Assembly: GCA_965205865.1 (NCBI GenBank)
Contig: CBDBHR010000030.1
Span: 256,001 to 320,000 of the forward strand
Length of the DNA stretch: 64,000 nt
Origin: a bacterium
GTDB taxonomy: Bacteria; SAR324; NAC60-12
Reading direction: 5' to 3'
Shown here: in pieces, positions 18,960 to 29,170 of the stretch
Position numbering within the stretch: the first letter of the stretch is position 1
Layout of the letters: each line of letters starts with the position of its first letter
Translations under genes and position numbers: made by a program
Notes under the pieces: generated by a model
Told to the model about the DNA's origin: nothing
Database searches by the model: none
Seen by the model: only the letters and a program-made list of their open reading frames with translations

Positions 18960-19246
18960 AAAAGGAACTTGAAAGTCATGAATAACTAGGTTTTCTTTTC
19001 ATAGAGGATCAACCGGTCGAGTAAATTTTTTTGCTTTCGTCTGTTTGTGGCGTCCTCGTTTCTTATTTTGAGGTTTTGGAGGATAGAGCTTGAGTACTTC
19101 TTGGCTGATGTCGTGGTAGCGTTGCCGGAAGCGATCGAGTCGGGTTCGACTCAAAGCAGATTGTCCTTTGGCTTGGTCTACTTGCTCTCTGATCTGCAAG
19201 AATAACTGATTCATTTCCTGAACCCAAAGAGCCTTTTCTTGTTCAT
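18960..19246 (-). mobile_element. IS66-family transposase internal fragment
   Basis: ...KKRGRHKQTKAK/NLLDRL...HDFQVPF with frameshifts. Confidence 0.65.
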
Positions 19247-19250
19247 AAAT

Positions 19251-19450
19251 GGGGACAGACTTGCGTATTGGTATTAAGAATTTGTCTTTAGTGCATGAGT
19301 TTTTCATCCATCTGAGGATTGACTCTCATCTGGGTTTGACATGGCAATGCTTTGTCTGTTCAGCAAGGAAGATCTCAGAAAGGAACCAAGTCTCAATCCT
19401 TTTTCTGAGTGCCATTTCACAAATTAAATACCAATACGCAAGCCCGACCC
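19251..19450. mobile_element. 200-bp miniature inverted-repeat element (sibling family)
   Basis: GGGGACAGACTTGCGTATTGGTATT...AATACCAATACGCAAGCCCGACCC, flanked by AAAT and ATTT. Confidence 0.75.
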
Positions 19451-19453
19451 ATT

Positions 19454-20726
19454 TTAACCGACCTTGGGAATATCGCTCCACCCTGCCAGGTATCGCGGGG
19501 ATTTGTGAGACTGTTTCATTTTCCATGATTTGTCGTAAACCCCGCATGAGGCGACTCTCAGTGTCATGGGACCTTCTTTTTGATTGATGCGATCCATGGC
19601 CTTCATGAGGGCGACATCCTTTTCCGAATCACCTTTCTCGATGAATGATAGTTGAATGGATGATTTATCCCGGATGTCGGACAACTTCACTAGAGCTTTT
19701 TTATATTCGTACCCCTCCCTGTAGAGCCGTTCGAGCACGGAGAGAGCATATTTGATCACTTTCCTCGTATCTGCCGTCTGCGAGAGAGATCGTTTTGAAT
19801 CCACCGCATAATACTGGGGGGTATTTTTAAAGGGGTTGGTCCTGATCCAGACTTCGACCGAGGAGCATACCGAACTTTGTTTTCTTAATTTTTCACAGGC
19901 AACCGAGGCGTAATTGGAAACCGCCTCACGCAAGCTCTCGAGGTCATAGACGGCATCTCCGAAGGTACGGCTACTGAGAATTTCTTTTTTCTTTTGCACT
20001 TCGAGTTCGAGTTCGAAGCAAGGATTTCCTCGTAATTCTTCCTGTATTTTCCTGCCGACAATGGAAGTTTTTTTGCGGACCAGGCCTTCATTCTTGAAAT
20101 CCCTGAAATCCCTTGCCGTTCTGATCCGGAGTTTTCTGAATCTACGCCCAATTTGCCGTCCGACCCCCCAAACCTCCTCGACGTCCAGTTGTTGGAGGAT
20201 TTTATCTTGTTGCCGCGTATTCATAACTGAAACCACTCCTCCGCTGGAGTCGTGTTTTTTAGCATAAGCATTGGCTGCTTTCGCCAGCACCTTGGTGGGG
20301 CCGATACCGATGCTCACCGGAATTCCCGTATCGCGCTCCACGATTTTTTTGATTTCCATCCCGTATTCATGGAGCCCCCACTTTTCGTACCCGCCACAGG
20401 TTCAAAAATGCTTCATCCACCGAGTAAATTTCCAGTTCCGGCGTAAACCGGCTGAGGGTGATCATCACTCGATCGCTCATATTGATATATAAACTGAAAT
20501 TAGAGCTGAAGACGGCTACCTTGTTTTTTTCGCAAATATCCCGGTATTTAAAAAAAGGAGCGCCCATCGGAATGCCGAGTTTTTTCAGTTCCACCGTTCT
20601 GGAGACGAAGCAGCCGTCGTTGTTGGAAAGGACGCCGACAGGGAGACCGAGAAGATCAGGTCTGAACAATCGCTCGCAGGCGCAGTAGAATGCGTTGCAG
20701 TCCACCAGGGCAAATACTTTATTCAT
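19454..20726 (-). pseudogene. umuC: Y-family DNA polymerase V subunit, frameshifted near 20385
   Basis: FALVDCNAFY..CER.FRPDL, LSNNDGC, YSVDEAF; after a frame change GYEKWGLHEYGMEIK...SIGIGPTKVLAK...WKMKQSHKSPRY. Confidence 0.85.
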
Positions 20727-21077
20727 TCAGATTTCTCGCACGATCGCTACCACGACACCCCAAACTCTTGCTTCCAATTCGTTTGAGACATGTATATCTC
20801 GATAGTCTTGGTTGTCGGATCTCAGTATGATGCCTTTTCCAAAGCGAAATATTCGTTTGCAGAGCAGTTCTCCCTCGAATGCGACAACTGCCACCCGGCC
20901 GTCAACTCTGTCGATACTGCGGTCGACCACTAAAATGTCGTTTTCGAAAATGAGAGGCGCCATTGTGTTGCAGGTAGCCTTGAAGAAGAAAGTGGACGTC
21001 TTGTTTTTGACAAAACGCTCGTCGAGCGATTGATATTTTTCAATGAAATCATCATGAATACCAAACAATCCCATCAT
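20727..21077 (-). CDS. umuD: UmuD-like S24 protein
   Basis: TFFFKATCNTM..DILVVDRS...GELLCKR...VWGVV; directly upstream of umuC. Confidence 0.75.
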   Translation of the reverse strand: MMGLFGIHDDFIEKYQSLDERFVKNKTSTFFFKATCNTMAPLIFENDILVVDRSIDRVDGRVAVVAFEGELLCKRIFRFGKGIILRSDNQDYRDIHVSNELEARVWGVVVAIVREI

Positions 21078-21261
21078 CGCCTCTTGACGGTATCTATTTT
21101 AAGTGAAAACATATTATAATACCCATGAAATTTATTTTAAGTTTATCATGAAATCAATTGAAAAATGATAGACGGCCATCTTGATTTTCTCTTTTTAAAA
21201 AAAGGGGTGATCCGTTTTTGCGTACTCTGTGATTCCAGTAGATGAATAAACGGGGGAATTC

Positions 21262-21996
21262 ATGTGTTTTTCCGTAGAAGTGGACAAGGACATTAAAAAA
21301 CTGGCGGCGCGCTTCCATGCTTTGATCGACCGGCATGCTTTTGACGGGTTTTCGTCCATGCAAAAGCTGGAGGCGGAATTGGATCCGGGAAGGTTGAAAG
21401 GACTGCTGGGTCTGAAACGAAAGTCCCGTTCTCTTTTTTTCAAAGAAAGCGCTGAGGATTCTCGCATTTACCCGGGATATTTCGCACCCGTCATCGTCTG
21501 GGAAAATGGCGTGAGACAGATCCGCCCGATGCGATATCGAGTGAGGCCCCGTGGATCGGCAGAAGAAATTCCTTCCAAATTCAACGTTTTCAATGCACGG
21601 CTCGATTCACTGGAAAAGCGACGAACCTGGAGAGGCTTATTTATGAGGAAACACGCTTTGTTTCCATTTTACCGGTTTTATGAGTGGCTCACCAATGAAA
21701 GAGGAAAGAAGCGGCTTGTTGAATTCAGTCCGCGTGGTTGTGATCGAATGTGGGCTCCCGCCCTTTATGACACCTGGGTATCGAGGGACAACGAAATGAG
21801 CTTTCACTCATTTGCGCTGATCACCGATGTTCCTCCCCCGGAAATCGAGGAGCAGGGACACGACCGCTGCCCCATTTTTCTTCGGGAAACTCTGATAGAT
21901 GACTGGCTTCGACCCGAAGGAAAGTCTGCAGCGCACTATTATGAATTACTGACAAACAAAGAGATCGTCTATTACAGCCACAAACCACTTGATTAA
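21262..21996 (+). CDS. SRAP (YedK/HMCES-like) abasic-site processing protein
   Basis: Cys2, FNARLDSL, FYEW, HDRCP motifs. Confidence 0.88.
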   Translation: MCFSVEVDKDIKKLAARFHALIDRHAFDGFSSMQKLEAELDPGRLKGLLGLKRKSRSLFFKESAEDSRIYPGYFAPVIVWENGVRQIRPMRYRVRPRGSAEEIPSKFNVFNARLDSLEKRRTWRGLFMRKHALFPFYRFYEWLTNERGKKRLVEFSPRGCDRMWAPALYDTWVSRDNEMSFHSFALITDVPPPEIEEQGHDRCPIFLRETLIDDWLRPEGKSAAHYYELLTNKEIVYYSHKPLD

Positions 21997-22051
21997 CCTG
22001 AGTTCGACATAAATCTTCAATAATATGAGTATCCTAGTGTATATGTCATCC

Positions 22052-22120
22052 TCCCGGATTGTTGCAGATTTCCAATCGAAGACTGATAAAAGCGACGAGA
22101 GTCGCTGTCATCGAAAAAAA
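22052..22120. repeat. Internal fragment of the RAYT-derived element
   Basis: TCCCGGATTGTTGCAGATTTCCAATCGAAGACTGATAAAAGCGACGAGAGTCGCTGTCATCGAAAAAAA matches copies 1-6. Confidence 0.8.
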
Positions 22121-22830
22121 GGGCGTGTCCCACTGAATCTATCTCGAATCAGGCCTAACTGATTGAAAGGACTTGACAAACTGATTTTCCTGCTTATCTC
22201 CTATTAGGGTGACTGCAAACCCACCCGAAAAAAGAGGCAGAGATGGCACTATTTGTCACCGTCCCGATTAGCACCGAAGTCATTGAATCCAATGCCGACT
22301 GTGCCCTCAGTGGGGCTTATGGAAACGGGGTTCTGGTGATCACAATCGATAGCCGTGGTCAAAATGTCCATCAGCGCTTGGGGCTGGGCAGCAAGACGCG
22401 GCTCCATTGGGGGGCCGAGCATTGGTTCGAGGTCCAAGAGTCGAGTGGATTGACCTGGCCGATACCTGCTGTTCAAGGCCGAAAAGCGAATGAGTCCCGA
22501 AGAAAAGCAGCGCTTGATCGAGATTGTCGAGGCCGATGAGCAGATCGGTCGCTTGCGCGCCTTCTTGGGTGGTGTCTGGAACATCTTCGAAGACAGTCAG
22601 CACGAAGAGCAAGCCCGCGCGGCGCTGGACACCTTGAAACAGATGCCGCGGGATCAACGCCATTCGAAGCCCTTTGAGAAAGTCCTCCGGTTCTTGGAAT
22701 CCCATTTCGAATGGATGACCGAGTACTTGCGAAAGGACGGGGTCCGGCGCAATTCTCTGTCCGAAAGCGGCATGCGAGTTCTGCGACGACTGGAAATCGA
22801 ACACGACGGGTTTCGCTCCGAGAAGGGTCG
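22121..22830 (+). mobile_element. Transposase remnant, family uncertain
   Basis: GC-rich block beginning GGGCGTGTCC; broken ORFs ending ...YLRKDGVRRNSLSESGMRVLRRLE...GFRS, resembling a transposase C-terminus. Confidence 0.5.
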
Positions 22831-22863
22831 GGACATTAGAGGTTTAGAACAGGCAGGTATGTT

Positions 22864-23202
22864 ATGAAGGACTTGATGAGTTATAAAGGGTATTATGGTT
22901 CTGCGCATTATAGTGATGCGGATCGTGTATTCTTTGGGAAGATTGAGTATATCAGGAGCTTAGTCAATTATGAGGGAACGGATGTAGACAGTTTGAAGCA
23001 ATCTTTTGAAGATGTTGTTGATGATTATTTGGAGCTTTGTCAAAAAGAAGGGATTGAACCTGAACAATCCTTCAGAGGAAGTTTTAATATACGTACCGGA
23101 AGTGAACTTCACCGACAAGCAGCTTTATATGCTAAAGAAAAAGGGACGAATCTCAATAAAGTTGTTACGGAGGCGCTTGAGCAGTATTTATCGAGTGTGT
23201 AA
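22864..23202 (+). CDS. hicB: HicB-family antitoxin (hicA apparently lost)
   Basis: MSYKGYYGS...FFGKI...F.DVVDDYLE.C...PE.SF.GSFNIR...LH..AA. Confidence 0.88.
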   Translation: MKDLMSYKGYYGSAHYSDADRVFFGKIEYIRSLVNYEGTDVDSLKQSFEDVVDDYLELCQKEGIEPEQSFRGSFNIRTGSELHRQAALYAKEKGTNLNKVVTEALEQYLSSV

Positions 23203-23406
23203 AGCACTTAACAACCCGCTCCAACAGAGCCTCCTCTAAGAAATCTGCCAAAAAATCAAAAAATCCTCTCGTCTATTGCTCTGATACATCTATTTCAAAG
23301 GGTAGGGTCTTCTGCAAATTTTTGATTTTCCTACTATGCAGACCTTGGAATTGCGGGAGTTTTAAAGCAGACCAGATTGGTCTGCTTTAAAATTTTGCAG
23401 ATTTTT

Positions 23407-23601
23407 TCATTTCGCCAATTGAACATTGACGGCACATGGGCCCTTTCGTCCTTCTCCAACTTCGAAGGTCACTTTTTCACCTTCTGCCAAATAACCACCG
23501 CGTACCTCGGAATGATGCACGAATAGATCTTGGTCATTTTCCTGTTGAATGAAGCCATAGCCTTTCTGCGTGTTAAACCATTTGACGATTCCTTCTTTCA
23601 T
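23407..23601 (-). CDS. Cold-shock protein
   Basis: GIVKWFNTQKGYGFI...DLFVHHS. Confidence 0.95.
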   Translation of the reverse strand: MKEGIVKWFNTQKGYGFIQQENDQDLFVHHSEVRGGYLAEGEKVTFEVGEGRKGPCAVNVQLAK

Positions 23602-23774
23602 TGCTTATCCTTATATTATATTTTAGGTTGTGTTTAATGTTATTCAATAACTGAATTCGGATTTTTCATCTATTTTCACTTCAATTGAATGAAGTGAAAA
23701 GTGTAGGAGGAGAAACACTTTTTTAACTTGGCATGAAAGAATGAAAAATCGGATGGAACTCCTTTTTAACGCTG

Positions 23775-23851
<77 letters not shown>

Positions 23852-23861
23852 GTACTCGAAA

Positions 23862-23937
23862 TGGTGGGCGCTACAAGGATCGAACTTGTGACCTACGGCT
23901 TGTAAGGCCGCCGCTCTCCCAGCTGAGCTAAGCGCCC
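23862..23937 (-). tRNA. tRNA-Val(TAC)
   Basis: GGGCGCTTAGCTCAGCTGGGAGAGCGGCGGCCTTACAAGCCGT...TTCGATCC...CCA. Confidence 0.95.
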
Positions 23938-24043
23938 TACCCAAGAAGAGAAATAGACAAACCCTTCTTATACAGCATAATAGAAAGGAATGCAAGTTTT
24001 TTCTTATTTGCTGTTCATTCATAAAAAAAGAGAGATTTTTGTA

Positions 24044-24197
24044 TTTTAGATTGAATTAGTACTAATTAAGTGCTATTTGTATAAAATGATCATTGAGAAT
24101 AAAGATCGCATTAAAGATTTTTTAGATTGAATTAGTACTAATTAAGTGCTATTTGTATAAAATGATCATTGAGAATAAAGATCGCATTAAAGATTTT
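24044..24197. repeat. Perfect 76-bp tandem duplication containing a palindromic candidate Rrf2 operator
   Basis: Units start at 24044 and 24120; each includes AATTAGTACTAATTAAGTGCTATTT. Confidence 0.85.
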
Positions 24198-24236
24198 GCT
24201 CTTATACGGGGAATTAACTTTCAGCAAAAAGGTCCT

Positions 24237-24692
24237 TTGTTAAAACTATCCAAAAAGACCGATTATGCAATAATTTTGTTGAGTCATTTGGCTGTCAGCA
24301 ATCATCCGGTGAGCGCTCAGGAATTGGCAAGTAAATATCACTTGCCACAACCGATGGTGGCTAACATTCTTAAACAGCTTGCTTCGTCGAAAATCATAGA
24401 GTCCAAGCGAGGGCAGCAGGGGGGGTATTTGTTGATACGGGAACCGGAAAGTCTTTCCATTGCAGAGATTGTTCAAGTCACTGACAATCCTTTCAATTTG
24501 GTGGAATGCGCCCATGACAGTGATGAGTGTGGCTGTAAAATCATCTCATGGTGCCCTACCCAGGATCCTTTGATTGCCTTACATAAACAGATTGAGGCAT
24601 TTATGGAATCCCTGACACTCGATCAGGTGATCCACCATCCACAATTCGATTACGATAGGAGAACCGTCAATGAAACTGCCTATTTATCTTGA
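24237..24692 (+). CDS. Rrf2-family (IscR-like) regulator
   Basis: LSKKTDYA...SKRGQQGGY...EC.....C.C.....C; TTG 24237 is the likely start. Confidence 0.85.
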   Translation: MLKLSKKTDYAIILLSHLAVSNHPVSAQELASKYHLPQPMVANILKQLASSKIIESKRGQQGGYLLIREPESLSIAEIVQVTDNPFNLVECAHDSDECGCKIISWCPTQDPLIALHKQIEAFMESLTLDQVIHHPQFDYDRRTVNETAYLS

Positions 24693-25884
24693 TTATCATG
24701 CTACCACGCCGATGGACGAGCGTGTTTTGCAAGCCATGCTGCCATATTTCACCAAAACCTTTGGGAATGCGGCAAGTCGCAACCATATTTTTGGTTGGCA
24801 AGCAGAAGAAGTGGTGGGGATGGCCCGAGATCAAATCGCATCGATAATTGGAGCAAATGGTAAAGAAATCGTATTCACCAGTGGCGCGACTGAATCGGAC
24901 AACTTGGCTTTGCAGGGGGTTGCTGAATTTTATAGAGGAAAAGGCAATCATCTCATCACAGTTCCCACCGAGCACAAAGCAATTCTGGACACTTGCCATT
25001 ATTTAGAACAAAAAGGTTATGAAGTGACTTACCTGGATGTCGATAAATATGGTGAGATTGATTTGCAACAATTGGAGGACTTGATCACGGATAGAACAAT
25101 TTTAGTGAGTATCATGGCGGCCAACAACGAAATCGGTACAGTGCAGCCTCTCAAGGAAATCGGCGCGATAACTCGTTCGAAAGGGATTTTGTTCCATTGT
25201 GACGCTACTCAAGGTATCGGAAAAATTCCAATCGACGTCGATGAGATGAATATCGATTTGCTTTCCATGACTGCGCATAAAATTTATGGCCCGAAAGGAA
25301 TTGGTGCCTTGTATGCCCGCAGAAAGAAACCCAGGGTGCGTCTCTCTCCAATAATTCATGGGGGTGGGCACGAACGTGGAATGCGCTCCGGGACCCTCAA
25401 TGTCTCAGGCATTGTCGGTTTTGCGAAAGCCATTGAAATTTGCCGAACAGAGATGGATTCGGAAGGTGAGCGCTTGATCAGTTTGCGAGAACGGCTTTAT
25501 AAAAGTTTGACGGATAAACTCGATTACGTGTTCTTAAATGGCCATCCTACACGACGACTTCCCGGGAATTTGAATCTCAGTTTTGCATATGTGGAAGGTG
25601 AGTCCTTGATTATGGGAATCAACGACATTGCCGTCTCTTCCGGATCTGCCTGCACCTCTGCCAGTCTGGAACCTTCCTATGTCCTCAGGGCATTGGGAGT
25701 TGGAGACGAATTAGCGCACAGTTCGATTCGCTTCGGATTGGGACGCTTTACTTCCGTCGAAGAAATCGATTATACTGCAGAACAAGTGATTGCGACGGTA
25801 AGTCGATTGCGGGAAATGTCACCTTTGTATGAAATGGTCTGCGAGGGAACCGATCTCTCTACGGTAAATTGGACTTCTCATTGA
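24670..25884 (+). CDS. iscS: Cysteine desulfurase
   Basis: [28 protein letters not shown]. Confidence 0.95.
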   Translation: MKLPIYLDYHATTPMDERVLQAMLPYFTKTFGNAASRNHIFGWQAEEVVGMARDQIASIIGANGKEIVFTSGATESDNLALQGVAEFYRGKGNHLITVPTEHKAILDTCHYLEQKGYEVTYLDVDKYGEIDLQQLEDLITDRTILVSIMAANNEIGTVQPLKEIGAITRSKGILFHCDATQGIGKIPIDVDEMNIDLLSMTAHKIYGPKGIGALYARRKKPRVRLSPIIHGGGHERGMRSGTLNVSGIVGFAKAIEICRTEMDSEGERLISLRERLYKSLTDKLDYVFLNGHPTRRLPGNLNLSFAYVEGESLIMGINDIAVSSGSACTSASLEPSYVLRALGVGDELAHSSIRFGLGRFTSVEEIDYTAEQVIATVSRLREMSPLYEMVCEGTDLSTVNWTSH

Positions 25885-25983
25885 TACTGGGAATTTATGT
25901 AAAAAACGATGCAGGATTCCAGGCGGAGAAAACAGCCCTCATTCCTGTATCAAAAATTCGGTTAAATTTAAGAAAGGGACAAA

Positions 25984-26379
25984 ATGGCATACAGTGATAA
26001 AGTAGTTGACCACTACAAAGCCCCTCGCAATGTGGGGAGCTTTTCAAAAGAGGAAGAAAATATCGGAACGGGATTAGTGGGAGCCCCCGAATGTGGAGAC
26101 GTGATGAAGCTCCAGATCAAAGTCGAAGAGGATCGTATCGTGGATGCGAAATTTAAAACCTTTGGCTGTGGGTCTGCCATTGCAAGTTCCAGTTTGGCGA
26201 CGGAATGGATCAAGGGAAGAACCATTGATGAGGCATTGACCATTAAAAATACCGACATTGTGGAAGAATTGTCATTGCCTCCAGTGAAAATCCACTGCTC
26301 GGTTTTAGCAGAAGATGCGATTCGTTCCGCGATCAAGAACTACCAGAAGCGTGAAGACCATGAAGCGGCTGCAGTTTAA
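25984..26379 (+). CDS. iscU: Fe-S scaffold protein
   Basis: GAPECGDVM, FGCGSAIAS, LPPVKIHC. Confidence 0.96.
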   Translation: MAYSDKVVDHYKAPRNVGSFSKEEENIGTGLVGAPECGDVMKLQIKVEEDRIVDAKFKTFGCGSAIASSSLATEWIKGRTIDEALTIKNTDIVEELSLPPVKIHCSVLAEDAIRSAIKNYQKREDHEAAAV

Positions 26380-26512
26380 TGATAACAATTATTAGCTGCA
26401 GAAAATTGAATTGTTAGAAAAGCCGTTTCTCCTTCTCCTCTGTGGGTGTAACGCAAACTCTATGGACAAGTACATAGTCTATACTGCGCACAGCTACAAA
26501 TTGCGTTTTTGC

Positions 26513-26580
26513 ATAGGGTGGTTCAAGCGCAGTAAAGCTCTGGGGTTGTTGGCGCATCCGCTGCGCTTGACGCATCCTGC
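26513..26580. repeat. Degenerate GTAG-like REP doublet
   Basis: TAGGGTGGTTCAAGCGCAG...CTGCGCTTGACGCATCCTGC inverted pair. Confidence 0.5.
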
Positions 26581-26667
26581 AATTGTAGCCTTGTTGAGTA
26601 TATAACTTTATATCTGAAAAAATCAGGAGCATCTTCAGATCATCATAGTAGTCATCTCAATCTACGA

Positions 26668-27306
26668 ATGTATTCCCGAGAATCATCCGTACAGGCTGTT
26701 TGCATGGGGTGTCAAACCACAATGGCGACACCCCTTTTTTGTTTTGCCTGTAACTCCATCCAACGCCTCAACAGCAGACCCAATTATTTTGAAATATTCA
26801 ACCTGCCTTACAGTTACGATTTGAATGTGGAGCAGTTGGAAAAACGCTATCAAAAGCTGAGCATGGAGTTGCACCCTGATTTTTATATCAGCGCCTCTTC
26901 CTTCGAGAAAAAACAAAGCCAGGAATCATCAACTTTGCTGAACCAAGCCTTTACTACGCTACAGTCCCCCATTACCCGTGCCGAATATTTATTAAAGTTG
27001 CTAGCCAATGACCAACATTCAGACCAGCGGAAACTGCCGGAGGGATTTTTGGAAAAAATTTTTGAGTTGCAGGAATCATTGGAAGAATTGCTGGCAAAGG
27101 ATCCTCATTCCTCACAAGTAGAAAAATTTCGAATCAAGATCGAGCAAAATCTGGATCAACTGCAGCAGCAGATATCAGCATACTTCGCTCAATTGGAAAC
27201 TGCTTCTGCTAAGCGGGAAGAAATATTGCCTGGGGTTCAACAGCAGCTCAATGTAGGACGATATTTCCAACGCTTGCTTGATCGTATCGCCAGGAGACCG
27301 TCATGA
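26668..27306 (+). CDS. hscB: Fe-S co-chaperone
   Basis: CxxC..CxxC N-terminus, J-domain HPD, RAEYLL. Confidence 0.9.
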   Translation: MYSRESSVQAVCMGCQTTMATPLFCFACNSIQRLNSRPNYFEIFNLPYSYDLNVEQLEKRYQKLSMELHPDFYISASSFEKKQSQESSTLLNQAFTTLQSPITRAEYLLKLLANDQHSDQRKLPEGFLEKIFELQESLEELLAKDPHSSQVEKFRIKIEQNLDQLQQQISAYFAQLETASAKREEILPGVQQQLNVGRYFQRLLDRIARRPS

Positions 27307-29120
27307 CAGAGCCCATTATTGGAATTGATTTGGGAACTACCAACAGCTTGGCAGCCATGGTTTTTGAAGAAGGACCCGAAGTGATAGGTCGGGTTGGAGA
27401 AGATCCGATTGTACCTTCGGTCCTTGCCAAAATCGATGAAGGATGGCTTGTGGGAAAAGAGGCGCTTCCTCATCGCATTTCAACTCCGAGTCGCACCGTC
27501 TATTCAGTAAAACGGCTGATGGGACGGGATCTTTCCGAGTTGGCGGAGGAACAGAAAAACCTGCCCTATGCGATTGTAGGAGCCCAGCGTAAATTGGTCA
27601 AAATTCGGCTTGGAGAACAAGAATATACGCCTCAGGAACTGTCAGCTGAAATTTTAAGAAAAGTGAAAGAAGACGCGGAGCAATGCCTGGGATTTGTGGT
27701 TAAAAAAGTTGTGATTACAGTGCCTGCCTATTTTGATGATGCTCAAAGGCAGGCTACTCGGGACGCCGGAAGGTTTGCAGGTTTGGAGGTTGTAAGAATT
27801 ATCAATGAGCCCACTGCGGCAGCTATTGCCTACGGTCTGGATGAAAAGAAAGAAGGACACATTGCCGTCTATGATTTGGGGGGCGGGACTTTTGACATTT
27901 CGATACTGAAACTTTCGGGTAAAGTGTTCAAAGTGCTGGCCACATGTGGCAACACACACCTGGGTGGCGACGATTTTGATTACGCCTTGAGTGGCAAATT
28001 GAGAGCGATCATACGAGAGGAAAATCCTCAGGCAGATCTGAACGATGCCATCGCCCAGCAAATCTTCAAGCAAACTGCAGAAACACTGAAAATACAATTG
28101 AGCTCCGCATTGGAATCCAATTACCAAATCCATATTCCTGAAAAATTGATTGCCTTTCAAGGGGTTTTTACAAGAGCGGCATTTGAATCTTTGATTGCAG
28201 GAACATTCGCAGAGACTTTGAAGAGCTGTCAGCAAGCGTTGGATGATAGTGGACTGGGAGTTGCGGCCATTGATGAAGTCGTGCTCGTGGGAGGGTCCAC
28301 TCGTATTCCTGCCGTGCGGAAGGGTGTGGAGATTTTTTTCAATCGTCCACCTCATGTTGCTATTGATCCTTACAAAGTAGTTGCCATGGGGGCTGCAATA
28401 CAGGGGCATTTACTGGCAGGCGGCAGAAGGGATTTTGTACTTTTGGATGTTATTCCTCTCTCATTGGGAATCGAAACTTTGGGGGGAACCTTTAGTAAAA
28501 TCATTACGCAAAATACGACCATCCCCACCGAATCAACCGAGATCTTTACCACCCATGTGGACTACCAAACATCCATTGAAATAAATTTGTATCAAGGAGA
28601 ACGGGAATTGGTCAAGGATTGCCGCAGTCTGGGGCAATTCAAGTTGCGCGGTATTCCGGCAATGCAGGCGGGGCTGCCCCTGGTGGCGGTGACCCTGCAT
28701 GTGGATGCTAACGGCATTTTAACGGTTTCAGCGCTTGAGAAACGCAGTGGGCAGCATGCTGCTATTGAAGTGATCCCTTTTCACGGACTAACGCAGTATG
28801 AAATTGATCAAATCATGGAAGATTCTATCGCCAACGTTATTGACGATTTCAATGAGAGACAACTGATCGAATTTCGAAATACAATGGAATCGGTTTTTTC
28901 CGGGATTGAAAAGGTATGGGAGAATGTTGAGAAAATATTAACCCCGCCCCAGCAAGCGGCGATTCGTCAACAAATGAAGGTGGTGAAGGATTACTCAAGG
29001 AGTCAGGATGCCCAAGCCCTCAAGGAACAAATGGATATTCTTGGAGATTTGACCCGCCCACTGGCAGATGCTATCATCAGCAATGCCGTTTTGGAGGAAC
29101 TACAAAAATCTTCTCAATGA
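27303..29120 (+). CDS. hscA: Fe-S Hsp70 chaperone
   Basis: [22 protein letters not shown]; follows hscB. Confidence 0.88.
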   Translation: MTEPIIGIDLGTTNSLAAMVFEEGPEVIGRVGEDPIVPSVLAKIDEGWLVGKEALPHRISTPSRTVYSVKRLMGRDLSELAEEQKNLPYAIVGAQRKLVKIRLGEQEYTPQELSAEILRKVKEDAEQCLGFVVKKVVITVPAYFDDAQRQATRDAGRFAGLEVVRIINEPTAAAIAYGLDEKKEGHIAVYDLGGGTFDISILKLSGKVFKVLATCGNTHLGGDDFDYALSGKLRAIIREENPQADLNDAIAQQIFKQTAETLKIQLSSALESNYQIHIPEKLIAFQGVFTRAAFESLIAGTFAETLKSCQQALDDSGLGVAAIDEVVLVGGSTRIPAVRKGVEIFFNRPPHVAIDPYKVVAMGAAIQGHLLAGGRRDFVLLDVIPLSLGIETLGGTFSKIITQNTTIPTESTEIFTTHVDYQTSIEINLYQGERELVKDCRSLGQFKLRGIPAMQAGLPLVAVTLHVDANGILTVSALEKRSGQHAAIEVIPFHGLTQYEIDQIMEDSIANVIDDFNERQLIEFRNTMESVFSGIEKVWENVEKILTPPQQAAIRQQMKVVKDYSRSQDAQALKEQMDILGDLTRPLADAIISNAVLEELQKSSQ

Positions 29121-29170
29121 TATTTAAAATCAATCCGATGACTCCAATCTTTTTGAATTGAATTGACACC

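Noticed and set aside
21995-22050. AACCTGAGTTCGACATAA as an IS terminus
   Set aside because: It resembles an IS end, but no partner end or family can be supported.
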